Shown one piece after another: positions 40,657 through 54,698 of a stretch of DNA of 64,000 bases. Every line of letters starts with the position of its first letter. Positions within the stretch are counted from its first letter, which is position 1. The stretch is from Chrysomallon squamiferum (lineage: Eukaryota; Animalia; Mollusca). The notes under the pieces were generated by a model. That model saw nothing but the letters and a program-made list of their open reading frames with translations. It searched no databases and was not told the origin of the DNA. The stretch lies in contig CM022665.1 of NCBI GenBank assembly GCA_012295275.1, positions 38,006,001 through 38,070,000 of the forward strand, written 5' to 3'. A program made the translations under genes and the position numbers.

Positions 40657-41695
40657 TATATATACACAGTGGTAATAATAATAATGATGATAATAATAAT
40701 ATTAAGCAGTGAAGCTATTGTTCTTTAATTACTGTTTACAAAATTCTTATTAAAAAGAGGAAGTTTTATTACAAAAATACAAGGCATATGATCCGGAAAA
40801 ACCTGAAAATTAAAGTAATGTTTTATTAGATATAAATTATGTATCTGGGGTTTTTTCTTTTCTTTTCATATCAGTATCAAAAGTATTTTAAAAACTTTAT
40901 CTCATTTTTCTCTTTCCTTTGCTCTCCATTATGTTTTTATTTTATTTTATTTTTTTGGTTCAATTTCCTTGATTGTTATGGAAGAAATATTGAATTTGTA
41001 CTTGATGGATGCAAGCAATTTATCTTTGTGTTGTTTATTATGTCTTTCTGTCATATTTCATCTTAACCCATTTTTCTATTTTCTATTTTTTTTTTTTTTT
41101 TTTTTTTTTTTTTCTGTTGGTTTTTGAGTTTTTTTCCATTTTGTTTGATTTTTCATTTTTCATTATTATTATTACACCCACCATACTCTCACAATCATCA
41201 TCATCATCGTCATCATCATCATTATCAATGCAACTATTTCATTTCTTCTTTTTCTTCTTTTGCTTCTTCTTCTTATTATTATTATTACTATTTGGTATCA
41301 ACTATTCATGATCAGTCTTCCAAATTGCAATTCTTAGATACTGAAGTCATAAACAATTTTTATGTTAAATAAAAAAAAACATGATAAAATGAAATGACAT
41401 TAAACTCCCGGTGAAAATGTTTGTGCAGTACATCTTCTTTTATGATAATGTTCAGGTTTCTGATTCAGGTAGTATATAGCATGTATTCTATGATGAATAG
41501 AGGAATGTATGCTGATAACCATGTTATTATGGCACTGGGCAGATAACAATTGATTTTGTCAGTCCCTAGTGCAAAACTGAAATTTTATCTGAGCGTTTTA
41601 TAAAATAAGCCAAGTATTACAATAGATAAGGATCTTGATTCCAAGAACTCAAGAGCATAAAACTTTAAATTGTAGCATTCAGGCTCTGGCTTGCT

Positions 41696-41709
41696 GTATC
41701 CATGGCAAC
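41696..41709. promoter_or_regulatory. RFX X-box motif GTATCCATGGCAAC
   Basis: Full match to the 14-bp X-box consensus GTHNYYATRRNAAC. Function not shown. Confidence 0.4.
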
Positions 41710-42009
41710 TTAGTGAATTCTTTTGTTGGATCTAAAATGTAAATTTAAATTTAATACCTTTGATACATACAGCTTGGCTTCTTCTATAGTTTGAAAATGA
41801 ATGTTAAGGGATTTGAGCTAGAAATGCATTACATAAACAGATAATTAAATTGAAATTTAATAATTTGTATTTCAAGTCTCACAAATTGTGGATATATGTT
41901 TGTCTTGCTTTCATTATCTCTATGTTTCTTTTTCTCATTTCTCTAATGACCTTTTTTACTTTGTATATTAGTTCTTATGGCCTTTATCTTTTTCTGCCTC
42001 TTTCTTTTT

Positions 42010-42013
<4 letters not shown>

Positions 42014-42071
<58 letters not shown>
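42014..42071. repeat. (CT)n microsatellite
   Basis: Direct reading. Confidence 0.9.
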
Positions 42072-42076
<5 letters not shown>

Positions 42077-42425
42077 CAATCTCAGGATCTCTCTCTTTCA
42101 CTTTTCTTAATTTATAAAAATGCTACATTAATAACCAGATTCCAGTGGACCAGGCCATAGTAGTTTGCTACCTCGTCCATACACTCGATGATTTAAGAAA
42201 TTGTTTTCCTCTCACACCTTTCCTCCAGAGATCTGAAAAGTATTATGGATCTCATCCATAATGGACTGGAAGTCAAGAAATATAGTCAAATATTTCTTTG
42301 TTACTTCAATTCAAAAAAAATCAATATTAATCACCACTATCATGGGATTTTCTCTGTTTCATTTCTTTTTTATCTTAATTTTCATTTCTTTTTTTCTTTT
42401 TTTAATTTCTTTTTTTTTTCTTTTC

Positions 42426-42468
<43 letters not shown>

Positions 42469-43511
42469 CTTTCTTAGTCATGCAAAACATTTGTGCTTCA
42501 TGACATTGTCAGCCAACAGATGATCAATAGATGCCATCATAGTTTCTTTTATGTTTTCCAAATCTAACTTATTCCCGTTTGGCTCATTACTTCTGCAGGT
42601 ATTATCTTTCATTTACATTTAGCATGCTCAATATATATTTCTTCTTTAGTACTGTAAAAAAGCAAAAATGTTAATAACAACAACAACAGTAATATGTTAA
42701 TAATAAAAATAATGAATAATGAATTATTAATAATAATAATACTTACATGTGCGACAACAGTAATAATATAATAAATAAACAAAGCTAATTAATTGGCACA
42801 CAAAATCAATAATAATGATGATGATGATAATGATGATAAATAAAGGAAATAATTAAAATAATAAATATATTAAATTTAAAATAAAAACAAATGATGAAAT
42901 TCAAAATGAATATTTCCAGTTGAATGCCGATGTAGATGATGTAGACAGATCCCATTTCAAATGTTATAAAAAAATAATGAACTGTTGATTATCAACATAT
43001 GAAAGCCAATTTAAATTGGGCCTGTCTTCATGCTGTTATTTTTAATCAACAAAAACCAAAGCTTATTGTCTGTTATTTAATAATATTAAAAAAATGTTTA
43101 GTCTATTGATCTTTTTCAAGCTAACTTTAAAAAAAAATCTTATTACCATATTCTATTAATTTTATCATGAAGCCCCCTGCCATTCACACCAAGCTTGAAA
43201 GTGTTTTCATATTAAATTCCTAAGATTTGAAAAGCATTTTAAAGAAAAAAAAAAAAAAAAAAAATACCAGATCTTTAGTTATTTTTTCAGAACCTTTATC
43301 TTGCAAAATGTCCTAGAAAAAACAAATTGAAAAAAGGAAAAGAAGGATTTAAAAAAAAAAAAATGAAATCTAAACTTTACATAAAAGACAATAATAGCCT
43401 GAAAGGCATTTTTGAAAAAATTCAATTTCACATTTTAAGATTTGTCATGTACACACCTCAAGAAAATTTCTTTTCTCCAGGCATTCTAACATTTTGATTA
43501 AAACTGAAGGC

Positions 43512-43740
43512 AGCAATATGTAGTCCATTGGTTAGCATGCAGACCTCAGATGCGGTAGGTCACGTATTCAAAACTCCTTTGTGCTGTTTCCCATTCCAGT
43601 CAGATTCCTAATGTCTAGTTTATCAAATAATGTGGTATGTTTTCCCATCTGTGGAAAGTTTTACAAGATTACTTTCTGATAAGTAGTACAAATAGCTGGT
43701 GAATAGTGACAAAAGATTTCTTTATTGAAATTACCATTTT
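43512..43740 (+). mobile_element. Degenerate tRNA-derived SINE-like element
   Basis: A-box-like TAGTCCATTGG at 43521 and a weak B-box-like tattcaaaac ~45 nt later. Body ttccagtcag...tttatcaaa...gtggtatgttttcccatctgtggaaag is shared with the copy at 62345. Confidence 0.6.
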
Positions 43741-43788
43741 ATAATGTGTGTATTATATATGTGTGTGTGTGTATGTATATATTTTGTA

Positions 43789-43824
<36 letters not shown>

Positions 43825-43919
43825 TAGGAATGAATATTTTGATATCATATATGTCTGATTAGACTGCACATAGACAGTATATAAAACCTATGTGTTCAAC
43901 ACCTAATAATTTTCCTGGA

Positions 43920-44000
43920 TTGTATAAACTTCCCTATTTGTGGAAAGGTAAATACAAAATATGTGTTACTGCTAATTGAAAAAGTAACATGTGACTGTAC
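43920..44000 (+). mobile_element. SINE-like body fragment
   Basis: cctatttgtggaaaggtaaatacaaaatatgtgttactgctaattgaaaaagta matches the family body. Confidence 0.45.
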
Positions 44001-46288
44001 ATAATTATCATCATACTTATGATTAAGGACTACAAAATAAATGAGAATTTTTTTTTACAAAAGCCACATGATAAGTTATGACTGTTCATTAATTTTGTTC
44101 ATTCAGAATTGATGATTGCTGGAAAATGTGTGTTTAACTGGAAATCTTCTTCAGAATTTCTCAAGAGCAATCTATTTTCCTTGATAAATGTGTTATAAGT
44201 ATATGCAAGAAGTTTTAGAATATTTTATTAAATGTAAATGTTTTTGCTTTCTTTCTTTATATATATATATTTAAATTTTATTTTAATTTTTTAATTTTTT
44301 ATTTTATGAATGTCATTGCTTTTTTGGTTTGTTTGTTTACTTCCTTTTCTGAATAATTGCATCTGTTCTGGATAAGGTTACTTTATTCTGATTTATAATG
44401 AGATTAAATAAATAAATGAATGTTTTACTACATGTGATGAAATTAAGTTGTTACCTCTTCATTAAAAATGAAAAAAAGAAAGAATAATAACTTTGGAATC
44501 TTTTTAGAAGATTAACAACAAGAAATATTTTATATATACCTTTTCTTAAACTAACTGCCAGAATATGGAAATTTTATATCCTGTGATTCATAATCCTTGT
44601 AAATTACAAGAGTAAAATGGTACATTTTAAGAAAAAGTAGCTCTATATTATGCAGGTTTTATTACCTAGTGCTAATATATAAGTAAAGAAAAAATCTGTG
44701 AAAGTAATAGTGTTCTATTATGCACTGATTATCAGATATAAAGGTTGGATAACAGCTATTGAAATCAGACCTTTGTCGGTCACACATACATCCTGAATAA
44801 TTTTCAGTGAAAACAGCTTGTCTAGTAGTAGTAGTGTTATGATTTATTATTATTTTTTCTGTTCTCAGTAACTACCAATGTTCTCTGAACATTCTGACTT
44901 TATGTATCGTTAACAGACATCCGATGGCATTCGATTGCTTCAGTGGTTTCCCATCACTGGAATGTATTATTCAAAGCAACCAGTGTATCGTTCCCACCTG
45001 ACTTGCTGCTCTTGATTACATCTGCCATATTATTTGTAAGAAGACAATTTCCTGTTTTGAAGAAAACTTTAGTTCAAATCAATAGACATCATCAGTCTGA
45101 ATGTGTGGAGTATGTGTGTATTACTGTCTGTCTGTTTATCTCTGTATATGAATGATAAATGTATCTATGTATTCATGTAAGTATATATGTATGTGCATGT
45201 ATGTGTGTCAAAGAATATTTTGTTGTCTTAAGTATACTCTGCACATAGTCAGTATTTGGAAACACACTGGCATAGGAGGATGATGTCTAATCACAAGCTC
45301 ACAAACATCAGATGCCATTGATGAGACTTAAATGTGTGGCACCCATTCATCTGCACTCTTGAGGTAGAAAGGTTGCTCAATAACAGAGAGTAATCAGTGT
45401 TTCCTATGAAGCATACATTTCTTTAGTCATTTTTGCATGCATTTATTTTTTGGGGAAACTTGGCACAGGCATGTGTGTATGTATGAATGAATATTCTGTT
45501 GTCTTATATACTTTTGATTAGACTGCACACAGACAATATTCAGGAATGCACAGGCACACAAGGACAAAATCCAAACATATTAATTTGACAGTCAGGCTGA
45601 CTGCACTGTTTGATGCAGGTGACTGAGAAGTGTAGGCATGCAGCTGCATATTGATGGAAACTTGCCTGAGATGATGTGCACATCTTATTTCCCATTCCAA
45701 CTTCTGTAATATGATCTCCTTCTCACTAATCTTTCAGTGCAGAAACTTGTATTACAGTCAAACCATCTTCTGATTAGCATACTTCAGAAAATCGCAAATA
45801 CTTACACAAAAACTTTTCTACAACCTGGATATAAATTCCCCTGAGGTTGATGAGTCATTTCTAAGGAGCAAAAATCATTGGCTGTCAGTTTACATATTGA
45901 ACTTTTACAATAAAAACAAAATAAAACAACAAATACAAATGAGTAAAGTCAATAAAGGGTTAAGGATTATGTGCAGGGGTTGACAATCAAAAGTTTGAAG
46001 ATCTCTGATATGATCACACAGACAAGTACACACAGATACCTTATATGACACTTTTATTAATGCTGATTCAAATAATAAAGCTATGTGAAACATTTTACTG
46101 ATGCCAAAGTTACTAATAATTCAAAGTGGATAATTTTATTCAAAGAAATCAGTTAAGAAAGAGTTTAATATCACTATTAAAGCTGTATAAAAAAATGAAG
46201 CAGTGGCTCAGTTATTATTATTATTATTAGATCAAAATACAGTCATCTTTATTGGATAGTAAGACATACTTAAATGTAATATAATGTA

Positions 46289-46333
<45 letters not shown>

Positions 46334-48339
46334 TTATATATATAAAATCAAGAAAGGTTTTATTTCTGACTATTAAAAGCTTAATGATGACTTCTGCCTG
46401 TGGAAGCCTGTATGGGTCATATCCTGTTTGTGTGTGATATTGCTTTGCCACTGATATATTAGACATCCCTGCAATTGGTTTCTGTGAAAACGCATATTAA
46501 GTAGGCCACTAATCTAAATAAGTAGCCTACAACTGTGGCATTTCTCTCATTCTGTTCAACCCTAGAAGCATCCCATTTTGTGTGTTTCACTAACATTTTC
46601 CACTGAATTAATTAGTGAAATCATAGGTTCACATATGGAAAATATTTATATCTAATGCAGTCATTTAGTGGTATCATGTTGTCTGAAAAATCAGTCCACA
46701 ACATTTGCTTGGATAATGCTTGTTTTGTGCCTTACTCATAATAGCCAGTGAGAATATAACGAAATATAATTAATAGCTAATAAGTGAATTTTGCTAGTAC
46801 TCTTTGTTACAGGTAATAAGTATACTTTAAACGTTTAAAATGTGAATTTTATTTGATGTAATTGTAATTTAAATTTATGAAATTGGAATAGTTGTGGAAT
46901 CCACTGTTATGAACTGAATGTAAGACAGTGAAATCCAGAACTTAACGCTTGATTTTTTGGATTATCCATCCTTTTGTGAATCATAGCTATAAATTTCCCT
47001 AAACTAAATTTATTCTTCAGATAGCTTTTTAAAATATATGGAATCTTGTATATTTACAATTCTGATATTGAGTGGTATGTAAAATTTCTTCATGTTATCA
47101 TACATTAATGCTGATAATGAACAGAAAACAGAGTATTATTACTGTACATGGAGACACACAGAAAATCACCTTTTCTTTAATTCAAAAAGGGTAACATCAA
47201 AGTAGGTAAGATTACTAAACCTGAATCAAATCCAGAGCATGTTATTTCTATGATATCAGTGGTGCTGAACATTTTAATAGTGAAAAAGAAACATACAAAT
47301 CTAGAGCTTGAAATTATTCTGATTTAAACAGCGCAAAATAATTAATGTTAAAACAAAAGAATCATCCTAAAATCTTGAATATTAAGTATCCTTAATTCTG
47401 AGATTCTAAGTGTAAATGGGGAAAAAAGCACAATTTACATCTTTTAAGCATTCAGTTTACTTGTAGTAAAGTTTCAGAATCATGTTAAAACCCAGAGTGT
47501 CAAATAACCCTGATGTAAATGGAGCAATATCCAAGTATTTTGCACCTCCTGGATAGAATCACCATAAAATCTAGAGGATCAAATTTCCCTAATTTGTATG
47601 ATGCAATGTCTAAGTACTTGAGACCTCCTAAACACAGATAGTATCAAAGCCAGGTACTTTAAATTTGTCCAATTTGCACACAGCCACTGCTACATGGCCA
47701 GGATGTTCAGCCAGACAAATAAGTCCTTCAGACAGTCTAAGGATTATTTTGTGAGCTGTTAATTTTGTTAAGCCATACTGAGCCAGACAGAATGAGTTAT
47801 TGGTAAATGTTTTATTGTTAACTTGGGTGCTGAAATGAAAAACATTTTACGATCCTGTTGAAATAAAAATTTACTGGTCTGCAAGACCATAGCACAATAT
47901 AATATTGATTAATGATGTTATGACAATGAGCATTTAATTTCCAAACCTATCTTTATATGTATCTGCCAAACCTTTTAGTTTTAACTTGTTTATAAACATT
48001 TATTTCAACATAACACTGAATAACAATAGTAATATAACACAATTTAAAATCCAGACTCACAAATCTATATCACAGTATCAGTTTATAGTTTCCAAGAATA
48101 TATCACAATATAAAACTGATAGTCTTCATATTTAAAAAAAAATTATAATAATTGTCTGGATTTAACAAAAACTGAAAATGATATTGCTTAGTCTTGCAGT
48201 CAGAATTTCATTTTATATTATCTTTCTTAATGCTTCTCAAACAGGGCCTCTAAAGTTGTCCATAGCTAAGGTCAAATATAATTATTTTCTAAATTTATTC
48301 CTTTAGTAAAATAGTAATATTACCTAAAATACACATGTC

Positions 48340-48512
48340 CTTTCCATCATAGACATGGTACCTGATTCTTAACTATTAATACAGATAAAACCTATCATAG
48401 TTTTTGATACATTGTGAGCATGGTTGGAATGAAAAATAGCTCAGTGGTATAAAGGATGAATGCTTTTCTGATTATCATATTTCCAAGTAGAGCTTTCTAA
48501 TTCTGAGCTACA
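48340..48512 (-). mobile_element. Degenerate tRNA-derived SINE-like element (5' half)
   Basis: Minus strand begins TGTAGCTCAG (tRNA A-box start), followed by gagctatttttcattccaacc...tatcaaaaactatgatagg, matching the family. Confidence 0.55.
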
Positions 48513-48609
48513 AACTTAGTTGAAGATTAAAAGACTTCCTGTATTGATTTTCAATACCAGAAGTTATTTTTGTTCTCTGGGTTTTTCACCTTATTGTCTT
48601 ATTGATATT

Positions 48610-48612
<3 letters not shown>

Positions 48613-48655
<43 letters not shown>
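48613..48655. repeat. Long poly(T) tract
   Basis: About 43 consecutive T. Confidence 0.9.
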
Positions 48656-51600
48656 CCTTTTAAAAGATAAGTGGAAACATCTGGAATTAACATTTTATTT
48701 ATTTGGATTTATTTCTTTGTATATTTTTTATCAGAGTTTATATAATCAGCAAAACAAATATATATATATAATAAGAATTAAAAAATATTGTAATATGATT
48801 AATAATCAGTAGATTAATAATAAATAGAAAATAACTGATATCTTTTTCTTTTTTTAAACATTATTATTAATTGATGTTTTTATGTATTTTGTTTTTTGTT
48901 GATGATTAGGGATGAATTCTGATTGGATAGATCTGTTTGATTTATTACTTCATTACTACTGCTGATAAAGAATATCTTTAAAAAATAATAAAATGAATAA
49001 AAAATAATATTAATATAAAAAATAACCAAAAGAATTGTCATTTGTTCTTTCAGCAATTTCTTGATTATACTGAATCAAATAAGATACTTAAGGTATTCTT
49101 ACAAAATCTGACAGGCACTGCTACATTTATATCATTTACTTTCTGTGCATATAAATTATCTAACAAATTTAAAACTAATAACAACCTCCATCCTTCAGTA
49201 TTATAACTATGATCAGAGACCCTCATATCCAATAAAAATGAATGAAACTGAGGCTGTCATCCAAGTCATTAGCACGCTTTCTTATTTCCAGTTTGTACAA
49301 TGGCAACATTTATCAACACTCATATTGGTGTACGGTAGCCATTTTAAGTTGAATTCTGTGACATTTTGGCAAATTAACTTGCTCAAAAGGGTGACACTAT
49401 TTTCCTCCAATTTCCCCAGAGAGAAGCACCTTAGACGATGGATCTAGCTTTGATGTGGTCCAAACTGACAGTGGTGTAATTTTAAGGAGTGCTTCCGCAG
49501 TGTCTGTTAATTGGTTTCAGGAGAACGTTTTTATCTTTTCAACAACGGTGATGATTACTGAAAACGGCAGTTTTGTCATGAACTGAGGTGCTTGTGGTTC
49601 AAAATGTTTATGACCCTTTTTACTCCAGAGCAAGACCGAATATGTGCTTCACTCAGTGCCAGTCTTAACTTTGAAGTTTTTCATTATTGGCAGTTTAGAC
49701 CTTTTTCCAAATGTTTTTTTGCTGTTATTTTTTTCTGTTTTATTTTATTGTAGCTGCTTTTTATTTGTTTCTTAATCATCTTAGTTTTTTAATGTTTGAA
49801 AATACTCTTTTCATATCCAATTTTTTAACGATTATCTTTATTATTATTATTTTTTTTATCTTCTGGCTTTTTCTTCCAAGATAATTTTTAAGCTCTGGAA
49901 AATGGTATTTCTTTCTTTGTTTCTTTTAGTTCTGGATATTTAGAGAGAAAAATAATACTCTTGTAATTAGAGTGAAACTATATTTAATAAGTGAATGAAA
50001 AAACAATTTTCACAATTAACTCATAGAAAATGAGAAACCCTGTGTTTCAAACAACAACAAAAAAGTGATTTTGGGGCACTTTCTTTATAAAGTATTTTAC
50101 TAATTTACATTTTAAAATATTTTTAAACATTTTTAAATTCTAAACACAAATTTATACCTTTGTTAAACCAGTATTTTAAATGCATATTACTTTCCCATCA
50201 TAAATGTGGTATCTGACAGTGAAACATTAATTCAGATAAATACGTTAATGCTTTTTCAAGTTCATAGATAAAACTGTTGCAAGATTATCACTATACCAAT
50301 TAGCCAGTCATTTAATTTATTCCTTTAGTTAATTTGTAATATTATTTTAAATACTTTTTAAATACATCATGGGTCCTGATAGGCCAAAACCCTTAATTCA
50401 CATAAAAAATAAAAATTTCCATATAATAAGTACAATTATTGTAAGCTTATTGCTATACAATTATGCCAGTTATTAAATCAATTCTTTATTAAAACAGTAA
50501 TAATTTTATCATCATTCCATAATAAAGTGATATTGTCTCAAATACATCTTAAATATACCATGAAATTTATCCCGTATTTTTTAATTATTGTTAAACACAT
50601 CATGGAAAATGAACCTAAACCATTAATTTGCATAAGAAATATATTCTTATCTGTATCCATGTAAAATACATTATTGTAGGAATACAACTGCTGTTACACT
50701 AGTCATTTAAAAAAAGAAAACAAGAAGGAAAATCAAAGATCATAAAGTTTTGCATGTAAAGTATTCTATCATTTTTAACAGCATGTAACATGTCTGTGGT
50801 TGAGACATATCTGCAAAACAATCATATATTTACATTAAACACAGATTTATTCATTGCAGTTTTGCATGTCTGACACAAATTTGTCAATCTTTGATATGGT
50901 TTTTGAACAGAATACAATTATCTTAATTTTTCTTATTGCTGTGGTATATTTTATTGCATATTATAAAGAATCATTTGGATGTTAGTTTTTACAAAAAGAA
51001 AAAAACAATAAAAAAAAACCTTCTGTGTAATTTTTTTCTTTTTTAAAGTGTCTTCAAAGACCATACAAAGCTATCATATTCTGAGGCATAAATGAATGAG
51101 AAGATAGGAGCTAATTATTATATTTGAAGAGTATATTTTTATAGGGGAAAGGAATTTGTTAAAACACACATACACACATGCATGCACATAAATATACACA
51201 TGCATAAATACATATATTGATATACATACACATGCCATACATGCATACACATGCATACATACTCATACAGAGGGACCATTCTTTATTTAGTGTGTATTTG
51301 ATTGTGTCATCTGTATTCCCTTTATTTAAAATATGTGACAGTGTGGTTTTGTTGTGTTTATTTCCTTTACAAAAAACATTCATCTTAAAAATTATATTTC
51401 TCCCCAAAATACGTTTTTCACTGCTTGATTACATTTTGGCTGAACTATCAGTCACAAGTTTAATATAACAGCAGCCATTAGTGAATGTGGCCATATTGGA
51501 AATCAATACTATTTTCTGAACATCTGATCCTGAGTGGATTCATGTGCGAAGACGAGTAGCAGTGCTGCCTCGTGGTTGAAAAGAAAGAAGGAGAAAAGAT

Positions 51601-53620
51601 GTCGGCTTGAATATTGGAACTCTTCTTTGAGATTCTTTTCACACGATCACACCAATTTGCTTGTTTGTGCCATGTCAGTTTGACACTGAAGTCTTGACAA
51701 TTAGAGCCATCACAAGAGTGTATGTATGTGCCTGTGACAATTATGCCAAACATAAAGAGTAGCTATAGTTCCATTTATTGAAAAGGTTTTGCCAATGATA
51801 CACTGGAGTGGAGATTTTGATCGATCACATTAACTGTGTGTTTGCAATTCTCTGATATATTAATCTGTAGCACTGGGCAAATCAGTGATCAGCATGGCCA
51901 ATAAAAAAATATAATCTTTTTTTTTTTAATTTTTTTTTTACAAGAACTGTTTCATAATCTGGTTTATATCTTCATAAAGGAGAAAGATTTAAGAAGCTTT
52001 TTTTTTTTGTCACTCTTTCTCTTTGCCCTTTCTGAAACTTGGTTGCTCTGTACTTGTCATTCAATGCCATTTATTAATCTTTTGAATTAACAGTCTTTTA
52101 AGACTTGGTGTTAGGTTATGATTGCTTCCATGTTAAATAATACTGTCAAAGTAAATGAAGCCTGCTTGAGATTAACTTTATAATTGTGTCTAATACTCAG
52201 ATATCAGAGTTAACACAACTAGAATTTCAGAGTTAAGATCATGACACAGAATTTATTGATTAAAAAACCTAAAATGCTTTCAAATTTATTCTAATATCAT
52301 AATTTACCTCAATTCCTTTCATGGTAATAGAAGTTAATGTCTAAGTATGGTATATAAATCTGAATTTAAATGAAAGTTCAGTAACATTTATCCATGAAAC
52401 CATCAGTTTTTAATGACTATGAATATATAGATTCTAGAAATTTGGAAAAATGCCTAGACCATTACTTAGGTTATAAGCACTGTAATGCTTATCCATAAAC
52501 ACAATGTATTTTTTTTTCTTTTTCTGAAGATTATGTTTTAGATACTAGAATTTCTTACTTGTTCCAACAATACACGTTCTAGAAACATTAATTGAGATAT
52601 AAGTATATTATACAACATTAACATGAATTCATCATTTATTCATCTTTTCTGAAGGTAATTTTATGTATACTTGATTTGCTGATTTAACTAGATACTGTAC
52701 CCATGACAAACCAGTTTGAACCATAATTAGGAAGAATAAAAGAATATTAATGCTTATCCATGAATCCATAAATTATTTGATACCTTTTTTTTTTATTGTC
52801 AGTTGTTTTTTTCGGGGGTTTTTCCAGGGTTTTTTCTGAAGATAACATTGTGGATATAGATGCAGTGACTTTATCAGATTGTTATATCCATCACAAGCAG
52901 ACTTTAACTATTAATTTTGATATGAATTTATTATTATTACTGTTGTTTATTTTTTAAAGGTAATTTTACTTGTGAAGAACTGTGATACAATACAATATAA
53001 ATTATGTGAGGAATTTGGATTGATTTGCTTTATGAACTGTTATGAAGAAATATAAAGAATAAAAAATTAATTTAATAAAATGTACTTTACACTACTTATA
53101 ATTTAAAAATAAAAACTTAATTAATGTAAGAAAAAAATAATTAACAGTTTTCATGGTTATTTTTCTTAATTTCATATTTCATTTCATCAATTTGTTGGGG
53201 TTTTTTATATTTTAAAAAACATTTTTTTAAATTTATTTATTATTTTATATAATAATTATTGTTTTCCAACAATACATTACCAAAGAAAGAAATAAGAGAA
53301 TATAAAAGACTTTCAACTGAAAACATAATTAGACTCTAATTTTTTTTTTTTTTTTAGCCTACATTATGAATCATAATTTCAGGAGTTGACAAGCAGAGTG
53401 CTTCCTGTTATTTCTCAAAATATATATCATCAGTATGGAATTTTTTTTATTACATAACAAGATTTTAAAAAAAAGATGCATTTTGTTTTAATGTATATTA
53501 AAGTCCCCAACTTTGCTAATGGATGAGCACTTAGCACTATAGAAAGGCAAACATAAATCTTCACCTCAGTGATACTATTATAACCCAAATGGATAGTAAC
53601 AGAAATTGCAAGATTGTCAC

Positions 53621-53634
53621 GTCTCCATGGTAAC
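53621..53634. promoter_or_regulatory. RFX X-box motif GTCTCCATGGTAAC
   Basis: Full match to the 14-bp X-box consensus. Function not shown. Confidence 0.45.
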
Positions 53635-54551
53635 AAGAGTTGCATGGAGGGTTTTGGTAATGTGTGTCATTTACTGTATGTCCTTGGCTGATTTTTCATC
53701 ACTGACCAATAGCTGTTGCTAACATGGTGGTTAATTTACTACAAGGTATTGGATATCGTTTTTTTTTGTAATACATGCCTGGGGAATATGTGGGTTTTCT
53801 GATATATGTATATATATCTAGCTTCAGCTTATTATTATGTATATTGCTATATTCAAGATTAAGGGCCCTGTATCCATTTTCTGTATAAAATTTATGTTGT
53901 TTAGTTATATTCTAAAGAGCCATTATGATATTTATGTTGTCTGGCTGTAATGCTGGTACATTAAAATAATGGAACTGTATTTTTTATAGGACACTAAAAT
54001 TAAGAATTGCATTTAAAGGTGCACAAGGAAATGTTTTATAACAACCATAAATGAAGCATAATGTACAGAAAAGCTTATTAAGATTACTTCCACAGCTACA
54101 AGTTCTTTCTGAAAACTTTGAAATAGAAATTACTTGGTATGTGCATCCCTGTTCTGTATTAACCTCTTCACTAAGACTGGTTATTGCCACCTAAAGGTTA
54201 ATGTTTGAATTATGTGAGAAGTAGCATATATCTAGGCATCATATTGGATTGATGATAAAAAAAAAACCACTAGATGTTCTGTTACAACTTAATGTATTGT
54301 AAATACTGGTGAAGTCAGCATGTTAACTGGTTGTTGGTATCCAAGATATCCATGATACATGTAACCCTTGTTCTTTATTAAAATTCTAACTTGATACTAG
54401 TATACAACATTTCCATGATATATGTTATCCATTTCTGTATTAAAATCAGATACAATGCAATGTTCTAGGTATTTTGTACACTAGTTTTTGGTTTGTCACA
54501 TTATTTTATTGATTATACATTAAAATAATTATTTATTTATTTATCTTTCAG

Positions 54552-54698
54552 AAAAAGTTCCATCTGATGCCACCTTTCTGGGTGCACAATATTTTAGTTA
54601 CGATCTGCGGAGTCGAGGTGATCCTATTATTAGTAACAGTGATGAACTGTACCTGGACTTCCGAACCAAACAGCTTAATGGTCTTCTCTTTTATACTG
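54552..54698 (+). CDS. Nrx-1: Alpha-neurexin coding exon, LNS2 N-terminal part (147 nt, phase 1-1); absent from the ORF track
   Basis: Acceptor ttatctttcag| and donor G|GTAAAT. Translates (E)[48 protein letters not shown](G), matching the neurexin LNS2 start pattern ATF.G..Y..YDL....I....D...F.T...NGL...TG. Phase matches both neighbouring exons. Confidence 0.93.

Noticed and set aside
43512-43590. tRNA gene
   Set aside because: Only decayed A/B-box-like motifs with no cloverleaf; it is a SINE head.
38135-43740. Oppositely oriented SINE-like copies flanking the first coding exon as a circRNA driver
   Set aside because: The copies look too diverged to pair stably; no direct support.
44917-45035. 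Possible SS1-position exon after ctgac...ttaacag
   Set aside because: No good phase-1 donor and no neurexin-like peptide. I found no credible SS1 microexon in this intron by eye.
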